Made by a program: the position numbers and the translations under genes
Assembly: GCA_964590285.1 (NCBI GenBank)
Contig: CAZPWK010000001.1
Span: forward strand, 1-43,954
Source: an uncultured Acidobacteriota bacterium
Lineage (GTDB): Bacteria; Acidobacteriota; Polarisedimenticolia; Polarisedimenticolales; JAIQFR01
Direction of reading: 5' to 3'
DNA: 43,954 nt
The notes under the pieces: generated by a model
The model's input: the letters and a program-made list of their open reading frames with translations, nothing else
What the model was told of the DNA's origin: nothing
Databases searched by the model: none
In this document: in pieces, positions 33,456-42,072 of the stretch
How positions within the stretch are numbered: the first letter of the stretch is position 1
How the letters are laid out: each line of letters begins with the position of its first letter

Positions 33456-34982
33456 ATGGAAACGATGGATCGAGGACCGTTCGGTTCCGACGACCTCGCG
33501 CGGCTCGCGGAGCGCGGGATTCCGGTGGCCGAGGCGCTCCGGCAGCTCCGGCGGATCGCGGAGCCGCCCCCGGCGCTCCGGCTCGACCGGCCGTGCACGG
33601 TCGGCGACGGCATCGAGATCGTGGACGAGGAGGCGGTCCCGCGCCTGCTCGAGAGGCACGAGGCGGCCGCCCGCGCCGGCCGGTTCGTCAAGTTCGTCCC
33701 CGCCTCGGGCGCGGCGACCCGGATGTTCCAGGACCTCCTGGGACCTGTCGGGGGACGCGTCGAGGCGGCGGCCCGGCGGGTGCTGCAGGAGATCCGGAGC
33801 TTTCCCTTCGCCGCCGACCTCGAGGCCGCCCTCGGCCGGCGCGGCGACAGCCTGAACCGCGTCGTCGCGGACGCGGACGCGGCCGCGCTCGTCGAGGCGC
33901 TCGTAGGCCGCGAGGGGCTCGCGTACGCCGACCTGCCGAAGGGGCTCCTGCCGTTCCATCGCTACGAGGACGGCTGCCGGACCGCCTTCGAGGAGCACCT
34001 CGTCGAGGCCGCCCTGACGACCCGCGACGCCGGCGGGGTCTGCCGCGTGCACGTCACCGTTTCGCCCGAGCACCTCGAGCCGTTCCGGGCGTTCGTCGGC
34101 CGGGTGCGGAGCGCGTGGGAGCGGCGGCTCTCCGTCCGCTTCGAGATCTCCCTCTCCGAGCAGAAGCCGTCGACCGACACGCTCGCCGGGGACCCGGACG
34201 GCGGGCCGTTCCGGGACGAATCCGGGCGGCTGGTCTTCCGGCCGGCCGGCCACGGAGCGCTCCTCGAGAACCTCGCCGACCTCGGCGCCGACGTCGTCCT
34301 GATCAAGAACGTCGACAACGTGCAGCCCGACCGGCTGCGCGACGCGACGGTCCGCTGGAAGCGCATCCTCGCCGGCCGGCTCCTCGAGCTCGAGGAGCGC
34401 GCCCGCGACGCCGTTCTCAGGCTCGAGGAGGGCGAATCCGGCGGCGCGTTTCTGGCCGAGGCGGCCGCCTTCGCCGAAGGAAGGCTCCATCTCCGGGTTC
34501 CCCCGCCGGACGCGCCCCCCGGCGAGACGCGGGCCGGCCTCATCGAGGCGCTCGACCGGCCGATCCGCGTCGCGGGCGTCGTGCGCAACACCGGAGAGCC
34601 GGGGGGCGGGCCGTTCTGGGTCGTCGGGGAGGGAGGGCACGCGAGCCCGCAGATCGTCGAGGCGGCCGAGGTCGACCGAGCCGCGGCCGACCAGGCCCGG
34701 GCGCTCGCCGCGGCGACGCACTTCAACCCGGTGGACCTCGCCTGCTCCCTGAGGGACGCGCGCGGCCGCCCCCACGACGCGAGACGGTTCGCGGATCCGG
34801 ACGCCGTGATCGTCGCGCGGAAGTCGTTCGCCGGCCGCGATCTCCTGGCGCTCGAGCGGCCGGGGCTCTGGAACGGCGCGATGGCCCGCTGGGCGACGGT
34901 CTTCGTCGAGGTCCCGCTCGCGACGTTCTCCCCGGTGAAGACCCTGTTCGACCTGCTGCGCCCCGAGCATCAGCCGGAGTGA
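33456..34982 (+). CDS. DUF4301-family protein (UDP-sugar pyrophosphorylase-like nucleotidyltransferase fold, function unknown)
   Basis: ORF 33456..34982, 508 aa. The blocks I associate with DUF4301 are present: FVKFVPASGAATRMF, LPKGLLPFHRY, FRPAGHGALLENL, VLIKNVDNV, VRNTGEPGGGPFWV, THFNPVDL, LERPGLWNGAMARW, VEVPLATFSPVKT. Confidence 0.7.
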   Translation: METMDRGPFGSDDLARLAERGIPVAEALRQLRRIAEPPPALRLDRPCTVGDGIEIVDEEAVPRLLERHEAAARAGRFVKFVPASGAATRMFQDLLGPVGGRVEAAARRVLQEIRSFPFAADLEAALGRRGDSLNRVVADADAAALVEALVGREGLAYADLPKGLLPFHRYEDGCRTAFEEHLVEAALTTRDAGGVCRVHVTVSPEHLEPFRAFVGRVRSAWERRLSVRFEISLSEQKPSTDTLAGDPDGGPFRDESGRLVFRPAGHGALLENLADLGADVVLIKNVDNVQPDRLRDATVRWKRILAGRLLELEERARDAVLRLEEGESGGAFLAEAAAFAEGRLHLRVPPPDAPPGETRAGLIEALDRPIRVAGVVRNTGEPGGGPFWVVGEGGHASPQIVEAAEVDRAAADQARALAAATHFNPVDLACSLRDARGRPHDARRFADPDAVIVARKSFAGRDLLALERPGLWNGAMARWATVFVEVPLATFSPVKTLFDLLRPEHQPE

Positions 34983-34992
34983 GGTTCCCGCC

Positions 34993-35973
34993 GTGCCGGC
35001 CAATCTCCCGCCCGCCTACCACTCCGCCGAGGCGCGGTTCCGGCAGGCGCGCACCGCCGAGGAGAAGATCGCGGCCCTCGAGGAGATGTACGCGATCATG
35101 CCCAAGCACAAGGGCACGGATCGCCTCCAGGGGGACATCAAGGCCCGGATCGCGAAGCTCCGGAAGCAGGAGGGGAAGAGGGGGGGGAAGAAGGGGTTCA
35201 GCTACATGGTCCGGAGCGAGGGGGCGGGACAGGTCGCCCTCGTCGGCCCCGCGAACACGGGCAAGTCCTCGCTCGTCCGGATGCTCACGAAGGCCCGGCC
35301 CGACGTCGCGGAGTACCCGTTCACGACGCGCGAGCCGGTCCCCGGGATGATGCCGTTCGAGAACGTCGCCGTCCAGCTCGTCGACCTGCCCCCGCTGGCG
35401 GAGGAGCACCTCGAGCACTGGCTCTTCGACGTGATCCGCGCCGCGGACCTGTTCTGGCTCGTCGTGGGCGCGGAGAACGGCCACGACCAGCTGGAGCGGA
35501 CGCGGGAGCTCCTCGCGCGAGGCCGGATCGAGGCGTACCCCGCGGGCTCGGGGCCGCCGGCGCCCGAGCCCGGCTGGCGCGCCCGGCCGGCCCTCGTCGT
35601 CGTGACGGGGCTCGACCGGAGAGGGAGCTCCGAGGACGCGGCGGTGCTCGACGAGCTGCTCGAGCGGCGGTGGCCGCTCGTCGGGGTCTCGGCGGAGACC
35701 GGGGACGGGCTCGAGGAGCTGCGCGCCCGGACCTGGACCGCCCTCGACCGGATCCGCGTCTACACGAAGCAGCCCGGAAGGCCTCCCGACCTCGACGAGC
35801 CGTTCACGATGCCGCGGGGCGCCACGGTCGGCGACCTCGCCGAGCGGATCCACAAGGACGTCCGCGCCGGGATGCGCTTCGCGAGAATCTGGGGGCGGAG
35901 CGTCTTCGACGGGCAGACCGTGCAGCGGGAGCACGTCCTCGAGGAAGGGGACGTGATCGAGATCCACGCCTGA
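34993..35973 (+). CDS. DRG-type (developmentally regulated GTP-binding protein-like) OBG-class GTPase with a C-terminal TGS domain
   Basis: ORF 34993..35973 (GTG start). The DRG-like N-terminal helix is EEKIAALEEMYAIMPKHKGTDRLQGDIKARIAKLRKQ. G1 is GPANTGKSS and G2 is YPFTTREP. The TGS-like tail is IRVYTKQPGRPPDLDEPFTMPRGATVGDLAERIHKD. Confidence 0.8.
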   Translation: MPANLPPAYHSAEARFRQARTAEEKIAALEEMYAIMPKHKGTDRLQGDIKARIAKLRKQEGKRGGKKGFSYMVRSEGAGQVALVGPANTGKSSLVRMLTKARPDVAEYPFTTREPVPGMMPFENVAVQLVDLPPLAEEHLEHWLFDVIRAADLFWLVVGAENGHDQLERTRELLARGRIEAYPAGSGPPAPEPGWRARPALVVVTGLDRRGSSEDAAVLDELLERRWPLVGVSAETGDGLEELRARTWTALDRIRVYTKQPGRPPDLDEPFTMPRGATVGDLAERIHKDVRAGMRFARIWGRSVFDGQTVQREHVLEEGDVIEIHA

Positions 35974-35995
35974 AGGGGGCCGCGGCCCGCCTCCC

Positions 35996-36319
35996 TCAGG
36001 ACCGCTCCTCGATCACGACGAAGCTCATCGAGCCGATCGAGAACGCCCGGTGGACGGTGCCGCGGGCCCGGACCTCCTTCCCCTCCTTGGGGAGCGTCCG
36101 CTCCGTGACGACGTGGATCTCGCCGGTCCCGTCGGCGAGGACGTAGAACTTCACGAACGCGAGGTTGGTCGCGCTCTTGACCTCGCCCTTGACGGTCACC
36201 GTCTTGCCGTCGTACTTCTCCGGATCGGCCCGGATGTCGCCGATCTCGGTCGTGACGAAGGCGCAGGAAGCGAGGAGCGCGGCCAGCGCGAGCAGCACCC
36301 AGAGCCGGATCCCAGTCAT
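35996..36319 (-). CDS. Small lipoprotein with OB-fold-like composition (107 aa)
   Basis: This is the last 107 codons of ORF 35996..38560. ATG 36319 follows GGAGAGGAGG. The lipobox is LLASC. The sequence PEKYDGKTVTVKGEVKS...YVLADGTGEIHVV...GKEVRARGTV resembles bacterial OB-fold (BOF-type) proteins. Confidence 0.65.
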   Translation of the reverse strand: MTGIRLWVLLALAALLASCAFVTTEIGDIRADPEKYDGKTVTVKGEVKSATNLAFVKFYVLADGTGEIHVVTERTLPKEGKEVRARGTVHRAFSIGSMSFVVIEERS

Positions 36320-36475
36320 CGCGACCTCCTCTCCTCGAAGGGCCGAGCGGGCGATTGTACCCCTGAGGGCCCCCGCCGGTTCCCCGGGGCCCGGGCCCGG
36401 CCGGAGGGCGTCCCCCCACCCTGCGCTACTATATCCGGCCCGAACTCCGATTCGGACGGTCCTCAGGAGGTCTCC

Positions 36476-38530
36476 ATGCTCCGTACCGCCTTCTTCCTCT
36501 CGCTCCTCTTCCTCCCGGCGGTCGCCCTGGCGGCGCCCGGCCCGAAGGACGGCCACCCGTTCTCGATCCACGACATGCTCGCGATGGACCGGATCTCGGA
36601 CCCGCGGGTCTCCCCGGACGGCGCGCGGGTCGTCTTCACGATGAGCCGCACCGATCTCGAGGCGAACCAGCGAAGGACGGACCTCTGGATCGCGGGAACC
36701 GACGGCACGGGCCCGAGGAGGCTGACGTCCCACGAGGCCTCCGACTCGAGCCCGCGCTTCGCGCCGGACGGGCGCTCCGTCTACTTCCTCTCGACGCGCT
36801 CCGGGTCCTCCCAGGTCTGGCAGATCGCGCTGGACGGGGGGGAGGCCGAGCAGGTCACGCGGCTCGCGCTCGACGTGGACGGCTTCCTGCCGTCGCCCGA
36901 CGGGAAGCGTCTCGCGCTGGCGGTCGCGGTCTTCCCGGGGGAGACGATCGAGGGGACGAAGAAGCGGCTCGACGAGATCGCGGCCCGCAAGGCGACGGGC
37001 AGGACGTACGACCGTCTGTTCGTCCGCCACTGGGACGACTGGAAGGACGGCCGGCGCTCTCACGTCTTCTCGATGGCCCTCGACGGCGGCGACCCGGTGG
37101 ACCTGATGAAGGCGATGGATGCCGACTGCCCGAGCAAGCCGTTCGGCGGGATGGAGGAGGTGGACTTCGCCCCCGACGGGAAGACCCTGGTGTTCGCCGC
37201 CCGCGACGCGGGCCGCGAGGAGGCCTGGTCCACGAACTTCGACCTGTACGCCGTGCCGGCGGACGGCTCCGCGCCGCCGCGGAACCTGACGGACGACAAC
37301 GAGGCCTGGGACACGCAGCCGACGTTTTCGCCCGACGGCAAGACCCTCGCCTGGCTCGCGATGAGGGAGCCGGGCTACGAGGCCGACCGCTTCCGGATCG
37401 TCCTCCGGAGCTGGCCCGACGGGCCGGCGCGCACGCTCACCGAGGCGTGGGACCGCTCGCCGCGCGAGATCGTCTGGGCCGCCGACGGGAAGACGATCTA
37501 CGCGGTCGCGGAGAACGTCGGCCAGACCGCGCTGTTCGCCGTGGACGCCGCCTCGGGGAAGGCCCGGATCGTCGTCGGGAAGGGGACCGTCCAGGGGGTC
37601 GGTCTCGCCGGCGACCGGATCGTGTACGGCCTGAACCACCTCCAGTCCCCCCTCGAGCTGTGGTCCGCGCGCCCCGACGGCTCGGACCCCCGCCCGATCA
37701 CGCGCATCAACGCCGAGAAGGTCGCGGCGGTTCGGATGGGCGAGCCGGAGCCGTTCTCGTTCGAGGGCTGGGGCGGCGACACGGTGCACGGCTACGTCGT
37801 GAAGCCGGTGGACTTCGACCCGGCGCGGAAATATCCGGTCGCCTTCCTGATCCACGGCGGCCCGCAGGGGTCGTTCGGCAACGACTTCCACTACCGCTGG
37901 AACCCGCAGGCGTACGCCGGGGCCGGCTACGCGGTCGTCATGGTGGACTTCCACGGCTCGACGGGATACGGCCAGAAGTTCACCGACTCGATCCAGGGAG
38001 ACTGGGGCGGGAAGCCGCTCGAGGACCTGCAGAAGGGGCTCGCCGCCGCGCTCGCCCGTTACCCCTGGATGGACGGGGACCGCGTCGCCGCGCTCGGCGC
38101 CTCGTTCGGCGGCTACATGATCAACTGGATCGCGGGAACCTGGCCGGACCGCTTCCGCTGCCTCGTCGTCCACGACGGGAACCTGGACGAGCGCGCCGCC
38201 TACTTCGACACCGAGGAGCTGTGGTTCCCGGAGCGCGACCACAGGGGGACTCCCTGGTCGAACCCCGACGGGTACGGCAAGCAGAACCCGGTGGACCTCG
38301 TTCGGAATTGGAAGACCCCGATGCTCGTCATCCACGGCGGCAAGGACTACCGGGTAGTGGACACGCAGGGGATCATGACGTTCACGGCGGCGCAGCGCCT
38401 CGGCGTCCCGAGCCGCTTCCTCCACTTCCCCGACGAGAACCACTGGGTCCTGAAGCCGGCGAACAGCATCCTCTGGCACGAGACGGTGCTCGAGTGGCTC
38501 GACCGGTGGACGAAGGGGGGCGGGACGTAG
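36476..38530 (+). CDS. S9-family serine peptidase (prolyl oligopeptidase / acylaminoacyl-peptidase-like), exported
   Basis: This is the last 684 codons of ORF 36050..38530. ATG 36476 sits 5 nt after AGGAGG. The signal peptide is MLRTAFFLSLLFLPAVALAAP. The propeller region has repeated SPDG/APDG motifs. The catalytic triad blocks are GASFGGYM, IHGGKDYRV and DENHW. Confidence 0.85.
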   Translation: MLRTAFFLSLLFLPAVALAAPGPKDGHPFSIHDMLAMDRISDPRVSPDGARVVFTMSRTDLEANQRRTDLWIAGTDGTGPRRLTSHEASDSSPRFAPDGRSVYFLSTRSGSSQVWQIALDGGEAEQVTRLALDVDGFLPSPDGKRLALAVAVFPGETIEGTKKRLDEIAARKATGRTYDRLFVRHWDDWKDGRRSHVFSMALDGGDPVDLMKAMDADCPSKPFGGMEEVDFAPDGKTLVFAARDAGREEAWSTNFDLYAVPADGSAPPRNLTDDNEAWDTQPTFSPDGKTLAWLAMREPGYEADRFRIVLRSWPDGPARTLTEAWDRSPREIVWAADGKTIYAVAENVGQTALFAVDAASGKARIVVGKGTVQGVGLAGDRIVYGLNHLQSPLELWSARPDGSDPRPITRINAEKVAAVRMGEPEPFSFEGWGGDTVHGYVVKPVDFDPARKYPVAFLIHGGPQGSFGNDFHYRWNPQAYAGAGYAVVMVDFHGSTGYGQKFTDSIQGDWGGKPLEDLQKGLAAALARYPWMDGDRVAALGASFGGYMINWIAGTWPDRFRCLVVHDGNLDERAAYFDTEELWFPERDHRGTPWSNPDGYGKQNPVDLVRNWKTPMLVIHGGKDYRVVDTQGIMTFTAAQRLGVPSRFLHFPDENHWVLKPANSILWHETVLEWLDRWTKGGGT

Positions 38531-38578
38531 CGACCGGGACCGCGGGACTGGCGCGGGCATTGCAATCCTCCAAATGGG

Positions 38579-38610
38579 GCCGCGGGGCCCGGCGTGTCCG
38601 GGCCCGCGGC
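38579..38610 (+). terminator. Strong GC stem-loop between the S9 peptidase and metalloprotease genes (terminator, attenuator or stabiliser)
   Basis: GCCGCGGGGCCCGG-cgtgt-CCGGGCCCGCGGC forms 13 bp with one bulged G. It ends 1 nt before the GGAGA Shine-Dalgarno of the next gene. There is no U-tract. Confidence 0.35.
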
Positions 38611-38622
38611 GGAGAACGGGCG

Positions 38623-40644
38623 ATGCGCTCCGATCGATTCCGGCTGGCGGTCCTCACGGCCCTGGCCGCCCTCGCCTCGGGTCCGGTTCTCGCGGCGCTT
38701 TCGATCTATCTCTCCCCCGAGGATCTGGCCCGGACCTCTCCGATCGTCGTCGAGGGGGAGGTCTCGGGGATCGCCTGCGGTTACGATCCCGAAACCGGAG
38801 CGCTGGCAACCTACGTCACCATCGCGGTCGAAATCGTCCACCGTGGCCCGGAGAGCCTGGCCGAGGTCGTGGTCCGGGAGCCCGGCGGGCGCTACGGCGA
38901 CCTGGTTCACGAACTGGACGCGGTTCCCGTCTTCGAGCCGGAAGAGCGCGTCCTCGTGTTCGTGGAGATCGACCGTGGCTCGCCGCGGACGGCCGGCATG
39001 TTCTTCGGGAAGTTCACGGTCGTCGAGGGGACGACGCGGGACGCCGACCGGGCGGTGCGCGACCTCTCGGGGCAGGGGCTGATCCTCCGCCGCCCCGACC
39101 TCGAGACCGAGGACCTGCCGCTTCGCGACCTCGTGGCCGTCCTGGAGAACAACCCGTACCGCGGGTCCTCTCCGGCGGCCTCCGCGCTCCGACCCTTCCC
39201 GGGCGACCCTTCGGGAGCGAAGACGCTCCTCGCCCCCCCCGAGATGGGCGGGCTCCTCTGGGACGGCGCCGTCGCGACCGTCCCGGACGGCCCGGAGGGG
39301 GAGAGGGGCGGAGGCGAGGACTCCTCGTTCCTCGTCGAGCCGGCGGAGAGCGCGCCCGCGGAGACCTCGCTCTTCACCCCGCTCTCGACGACGAGCCCCG
39401 CTCGCTGGTTCGAAACCGACTCGGGGACCGCGATCCCGGTCCGCGTCGAGCAGGCGAGGAACCCGCTCGACGACGGTCCCGCCGCCGCCTACGAGATGCG
39501 GCGCGCGATGGCCGCCTGGACGAACGTCCCGGAAGGGCGGATCGCGCTCCAGTGCGCGGACGACGACTACGACTTCACGGGGACCGTGGCGCAGAGCCCC
39601 GCGGACTCCTATCCGCCCGTGAACATCCTGCTGTTCGGCGACCCGTACGAGGACATCACCGACCCCGTGAACTGCTCCGGCGTGCTGGCGATCGGAGGCT
39701 ACTGGCGCTCCGGCACGGTCGCGGGAACGGTCAACAACGTGACGTTCTACCCGGAGCTCCGCCTGTACGTGATCTTCAACGACAACTTCGAGTGCTTCCT
39801 CGGCGACCCGAACGACCTCGCCGAGGTCGCAGCCCACGAGCTGGGGCACGGGGTCGGCCTCGGCCACTCGACCGTGTACGACGCGCTGATGCGCTCCTAC
39901 GTGTACGGCAACCGCGGCCCGCGCCTCGGCGACGACGACCGCGACGGCGCGCACTGCCACTACCCGCACGCGCTGTCCGTGACGTCGCCGAACGGCGGAG
40001 AGAGCTGGACGGCGGGAACGGTCCGCTCGATCGCCTGGACGTCGACGGCGGAGGCCGGGCCGGATCCCGGGACGGTGAGCCTCCAGTACTCGACCGACTC
40101 CGGCTCGAGCTGGACGACCCTCGTCTCGGGCGAGCCGAACGACGGGTCGTACACCTGGACCGTTCCGGACGCGCCGGGGACCCGAACGAGGGTGCGCGTC
40201 CTCCGCCCGAACCGCGTCAGCCCGACCCCGTCCCCCTACCCGTCGGCGTGCAGCTCCGACGCCTCGAACGCCGACTTCGCGATCGTCGCGGCGCTCGAGG
40301 CGGGAACCGTGCCCGGCACGGGGACGCCGCTCCGCGTGCAGAAGTCGGGCTCCGACCTCACGGTGACGTGGGGCGCTTCCTGCGCCGCGACCGCCTCGGA
40401 CTACGCGATCTACGAGGGGACGCTCGCGGCGCTCCGCTCCTGCGTCTGGGACCACGTGTCCAGGACCTGCACGGCGGGGACCGATTTCACGCAGACGCTG
40501 ACGCCGGGAAGCGGCAACCGCTACTACCTCGTCGCCCCGCTCGCGGGGTCCTACGAAGGGACCCTCGGCCTCACTTCCTGGGGGATTCTGCGCCCCGCCG
40601 CGGCGGCCGCGTGCGCGCCGCGGGAGGCGGAGAGCTGCCAGTAG
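38623..40644 (+). CDS. Exported multidomain zinc metalloprotease (metzincin, matrixin/M10-like)
   Basis: This is the last 673 codons of ORF 37447..40644, starting at ATG 38623. The signal peptide is MRSDRFRLAVLTALAALASGPVLA. The zinc motif is HELGHGVGLGHS (HExxHxxGxxH, His405 codon at 39835) with the Met-turn ALM. An Ig-like module follows with the Asp-box STDSGSSW, then a Cys-rich tail. Confidence 0.75.
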   Translation: MRSDRFRLAVLTALAALASGPVLAALSIYLSPEDLARTSPIVVEGEVSGIACGYDPETGALATYVTIAVEIVHRGPESLAEVVVREPGGRYGDLVHELDAVPVFEPEERVLVFVEIDRGSPRTAGMFFGKFTVVEGTTRDADRAVRDLSGQGLILRRPDLETEDLPLRDLVAVLENNPYRGSSPAASALRPFPGDPSGAKTLLAPPEMGGLLWDGAVATVPDGPEGERGGGEDSSFLVEPAESAPAETSLFTPLSTTSPARWFETDSGTAIPVRVEQARNPLDDGPAAAYEMRRAMAAWTNVPEGRIALQCADDDYDFTGTVAQSPADSYPPVNILLFGDPYEDITDPVNCSGVLAIGGYWRSGTVAGTVNNVTFYPELRLYVIFNDNFECFLGDPNDLAEVAAHELGHGVGLGHSTVYDALMRSYVYGNRGPRLGDDDRDGAHCHYPHALSVTSPNGGESWTAGTVRSIAWTSTAEAGPDPGTVSLQYSTDSGSSWTTLVSGEPNDGSYTWTVPDAPGTRTRVRVLRPNRVSPTPSPYPSACSSDASNADFAIVAALEAGTVPGTGTPLRVQKSGSDLTVTWGASCAATASDYAIYEGTLAALRSCVWDHVSRTCTAGTDFTQTLTPGSGNRYYLVAPLAGSYEGTLGLTSWGILRPAAAAACAPREAESCQ

Positions 40645-40674
40645 GGGAGGCGGCCCCACGCCGCCGGGACGTCC

Positions 40675-41970
40675 GTGCAAACCTCCTACCGAGGACGCAC
40701 CGGAAGTTCGAAACCATCAGAGAAGCCGTCCAGGCTCGCGTCGGCGCTCCGCCGCTTCCCGGTCGTCGTGGTCACCGGAGCCCGTCAGACCGGAAAGACG
40801 ACCCTCGTGGGCGGGAGCGCGATCGCCCGAGGGCGCTCGTTCCGAACCTTCGACGACTTCGATACCCTCGATCGGGCGCTCGGCCAGCCCGGCGCTCTCC
40901 TGGAGGGCGCGGAAAGCCTCACTCTCGATGAGGTTCAGCGAGCGCCGGGAGTTCTATCCGCGATCAAGCGCGAGGTGGACCGATCCCGACGACCGGGCCG
41001 ATTCCTGCTCACGGGCTCGGCCAACTTGCTCATGATGCGACGAGTGTCCGAGACGCTCGCAGGCAGGGCGGCCTACCTCACGCTCTGGCCGATGACGGAA
41101 TCGGAGAAGGCGGGGCGGGCCGATCCTGGCCCTTGGAGCGGCTGGCTCGAGGCGGCGGATGCCCGTTCGGTTCGCGATCGCGTCGCGTTCTCCGAGGCGC
41201 CCGACGAATGGCCGTCGCGGGCTTTCGCGGGCGGCTATCCGGTGCCCGCCCTCGCCGCCGACGAGACGGGACGCGCCCAGTGGTTCGACGGATACGTGAG
41301 GACCTATCTCGAGCGGGACCTGCAAGACCTTTCCTCCGTCTCGTCGCTGACGGACTTCCGCCGACTCATGCGTTTGGCGACGCATCGCTTGGGACAGATG
41401 CTCAATCAGACCGATCTGGCGCGGGACGCGGGAATCCCGCAGGCGACCGCGCACCGGTACCTCAACCTTCTCGAGACGTCCTGCCAGATCGTTCGCCTTC
41501 CGGCGTTCGCGACGAGCCGGACCAAGCGTCTCGTGAAGACCCCGAAGCTCTACTGGACCGACACCGGGCTCGCTGCGCATCTCGCCGGCTTGGGCCCGGC
41601 CGGTCGGCCGACCGATGTCGAGATGCCCGGCGCCCTCCTCGAGAACCTCGTTCTGACGCATATCCTTGCGTGGCGGGAGACCGTCGTCCCGAGGCCGGAG
41701 GTCCACTATTGGCGTACGCACTCCGGTGCCGAGGTGGACCTCGTGATCGAGCGGGGACACCGCCTCCTGCCGGTCGAGGTCAAAGCCGCGCGGCGCGTGC
41801 GGCTCTCGGACGCCGCGTCGCTCGGCGCGTTCCTGGAGGAATATGGGAGGGCTGCCCCGATCGGGATCCTCCTGTACGGCGGGAGAGAGGTGCTGTTCCT
41901 GACGGAGAGGATCCTCGCGGTGCCGTTGGGCGTGGTGTGGGGTTGCGAAAGCCGCCCCTCGGCCCCGTAG
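40675..41970 (+). CDS. AAA-superfamily ATPase with a DUF4143-type C-terminal domain
   Basis: ORF 40675..41970 (GTG start). Walker A is GARQTGKTTL and Walker B-like is LTLDEVQ. A wHTH-like segment reads LNQTDLARDAGIPQATAHRYLNLL. The C-terminal (D/E)xK-like block is GAEVDLVIERGHRLLPVEVKA. Confidence 0.8.
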   Translation: MQTSYRGRTGSSKPSEKPSRLASALRRFPVVVVTGARQTGKTTLVGGSAIARGRSFRTFDDFDTLDRALGQPGALLEGAESLTLDEVQRAPGVLSAIKREVDRSRRPGRFLLTGSANLLMMRRVSETLAGRAAYLTLWPMTESEKAGRADPGPWSGWLEAADARSVRDRVAFSEAPDEWPSRAFAGGYPVPALAADETGRAQWFDGYVRTYLERDLQDLSSVSSLTDFRRLMRLATHRLGQMLNQTDLARDAGIPQATAHRYLNLLETSCQIVRLPAFATSRTKRLVKTPKLYWTDTGLAAHLAGLGPAGRPTDVEMPGALLENLVLTHILAWRETVVPRPEVHYWRTHSGAEVDLVIERGHRLLPVEVKAARRVRLSDAASLGAFLEEYGRAAPIGILLYGGREVLFLTERILAVPLGVVWGCESRPSAP

Positions 41971-42072
41971 GTCGCTCGCCTTCGTCCTGGGCGCACCGGC
42001 ACCCGCGCGCGTCGCAGCCATGGACGAGCGGCGCGTACGTGCCACCCCGTCCCGCCCGCCCTCGCCTCCGGA

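Noticed and set aside
36320-38560. The upstream 747 codons of ORF 35996..38560 (-), 854 aa.
   Set aside because: This part is antisense to the S9 peptidase, which has a full catalytic triad. Only the last 107 codons (SD, lipobox, normal composition) look real.
40706-40715. GTTCGAAACC, a tRNA T-loop-like string that might mark a tRNA gene or an att-site remnant next to the lower-GC ATPase gene.
   Set aside because: The flanking bases do not form a T-stem, an acceptor stem or any cloverleaf. The string lies inside the ATPase reading frame.
40645-42072. A mobile element or genomic island around the DUF4143 ATPase.
   Set aside because: I noticed no integrase, transposase, terminal inverted repeats, direct repeats or tRNA at the borders. 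Only a modest GC drop supports foreign origin.
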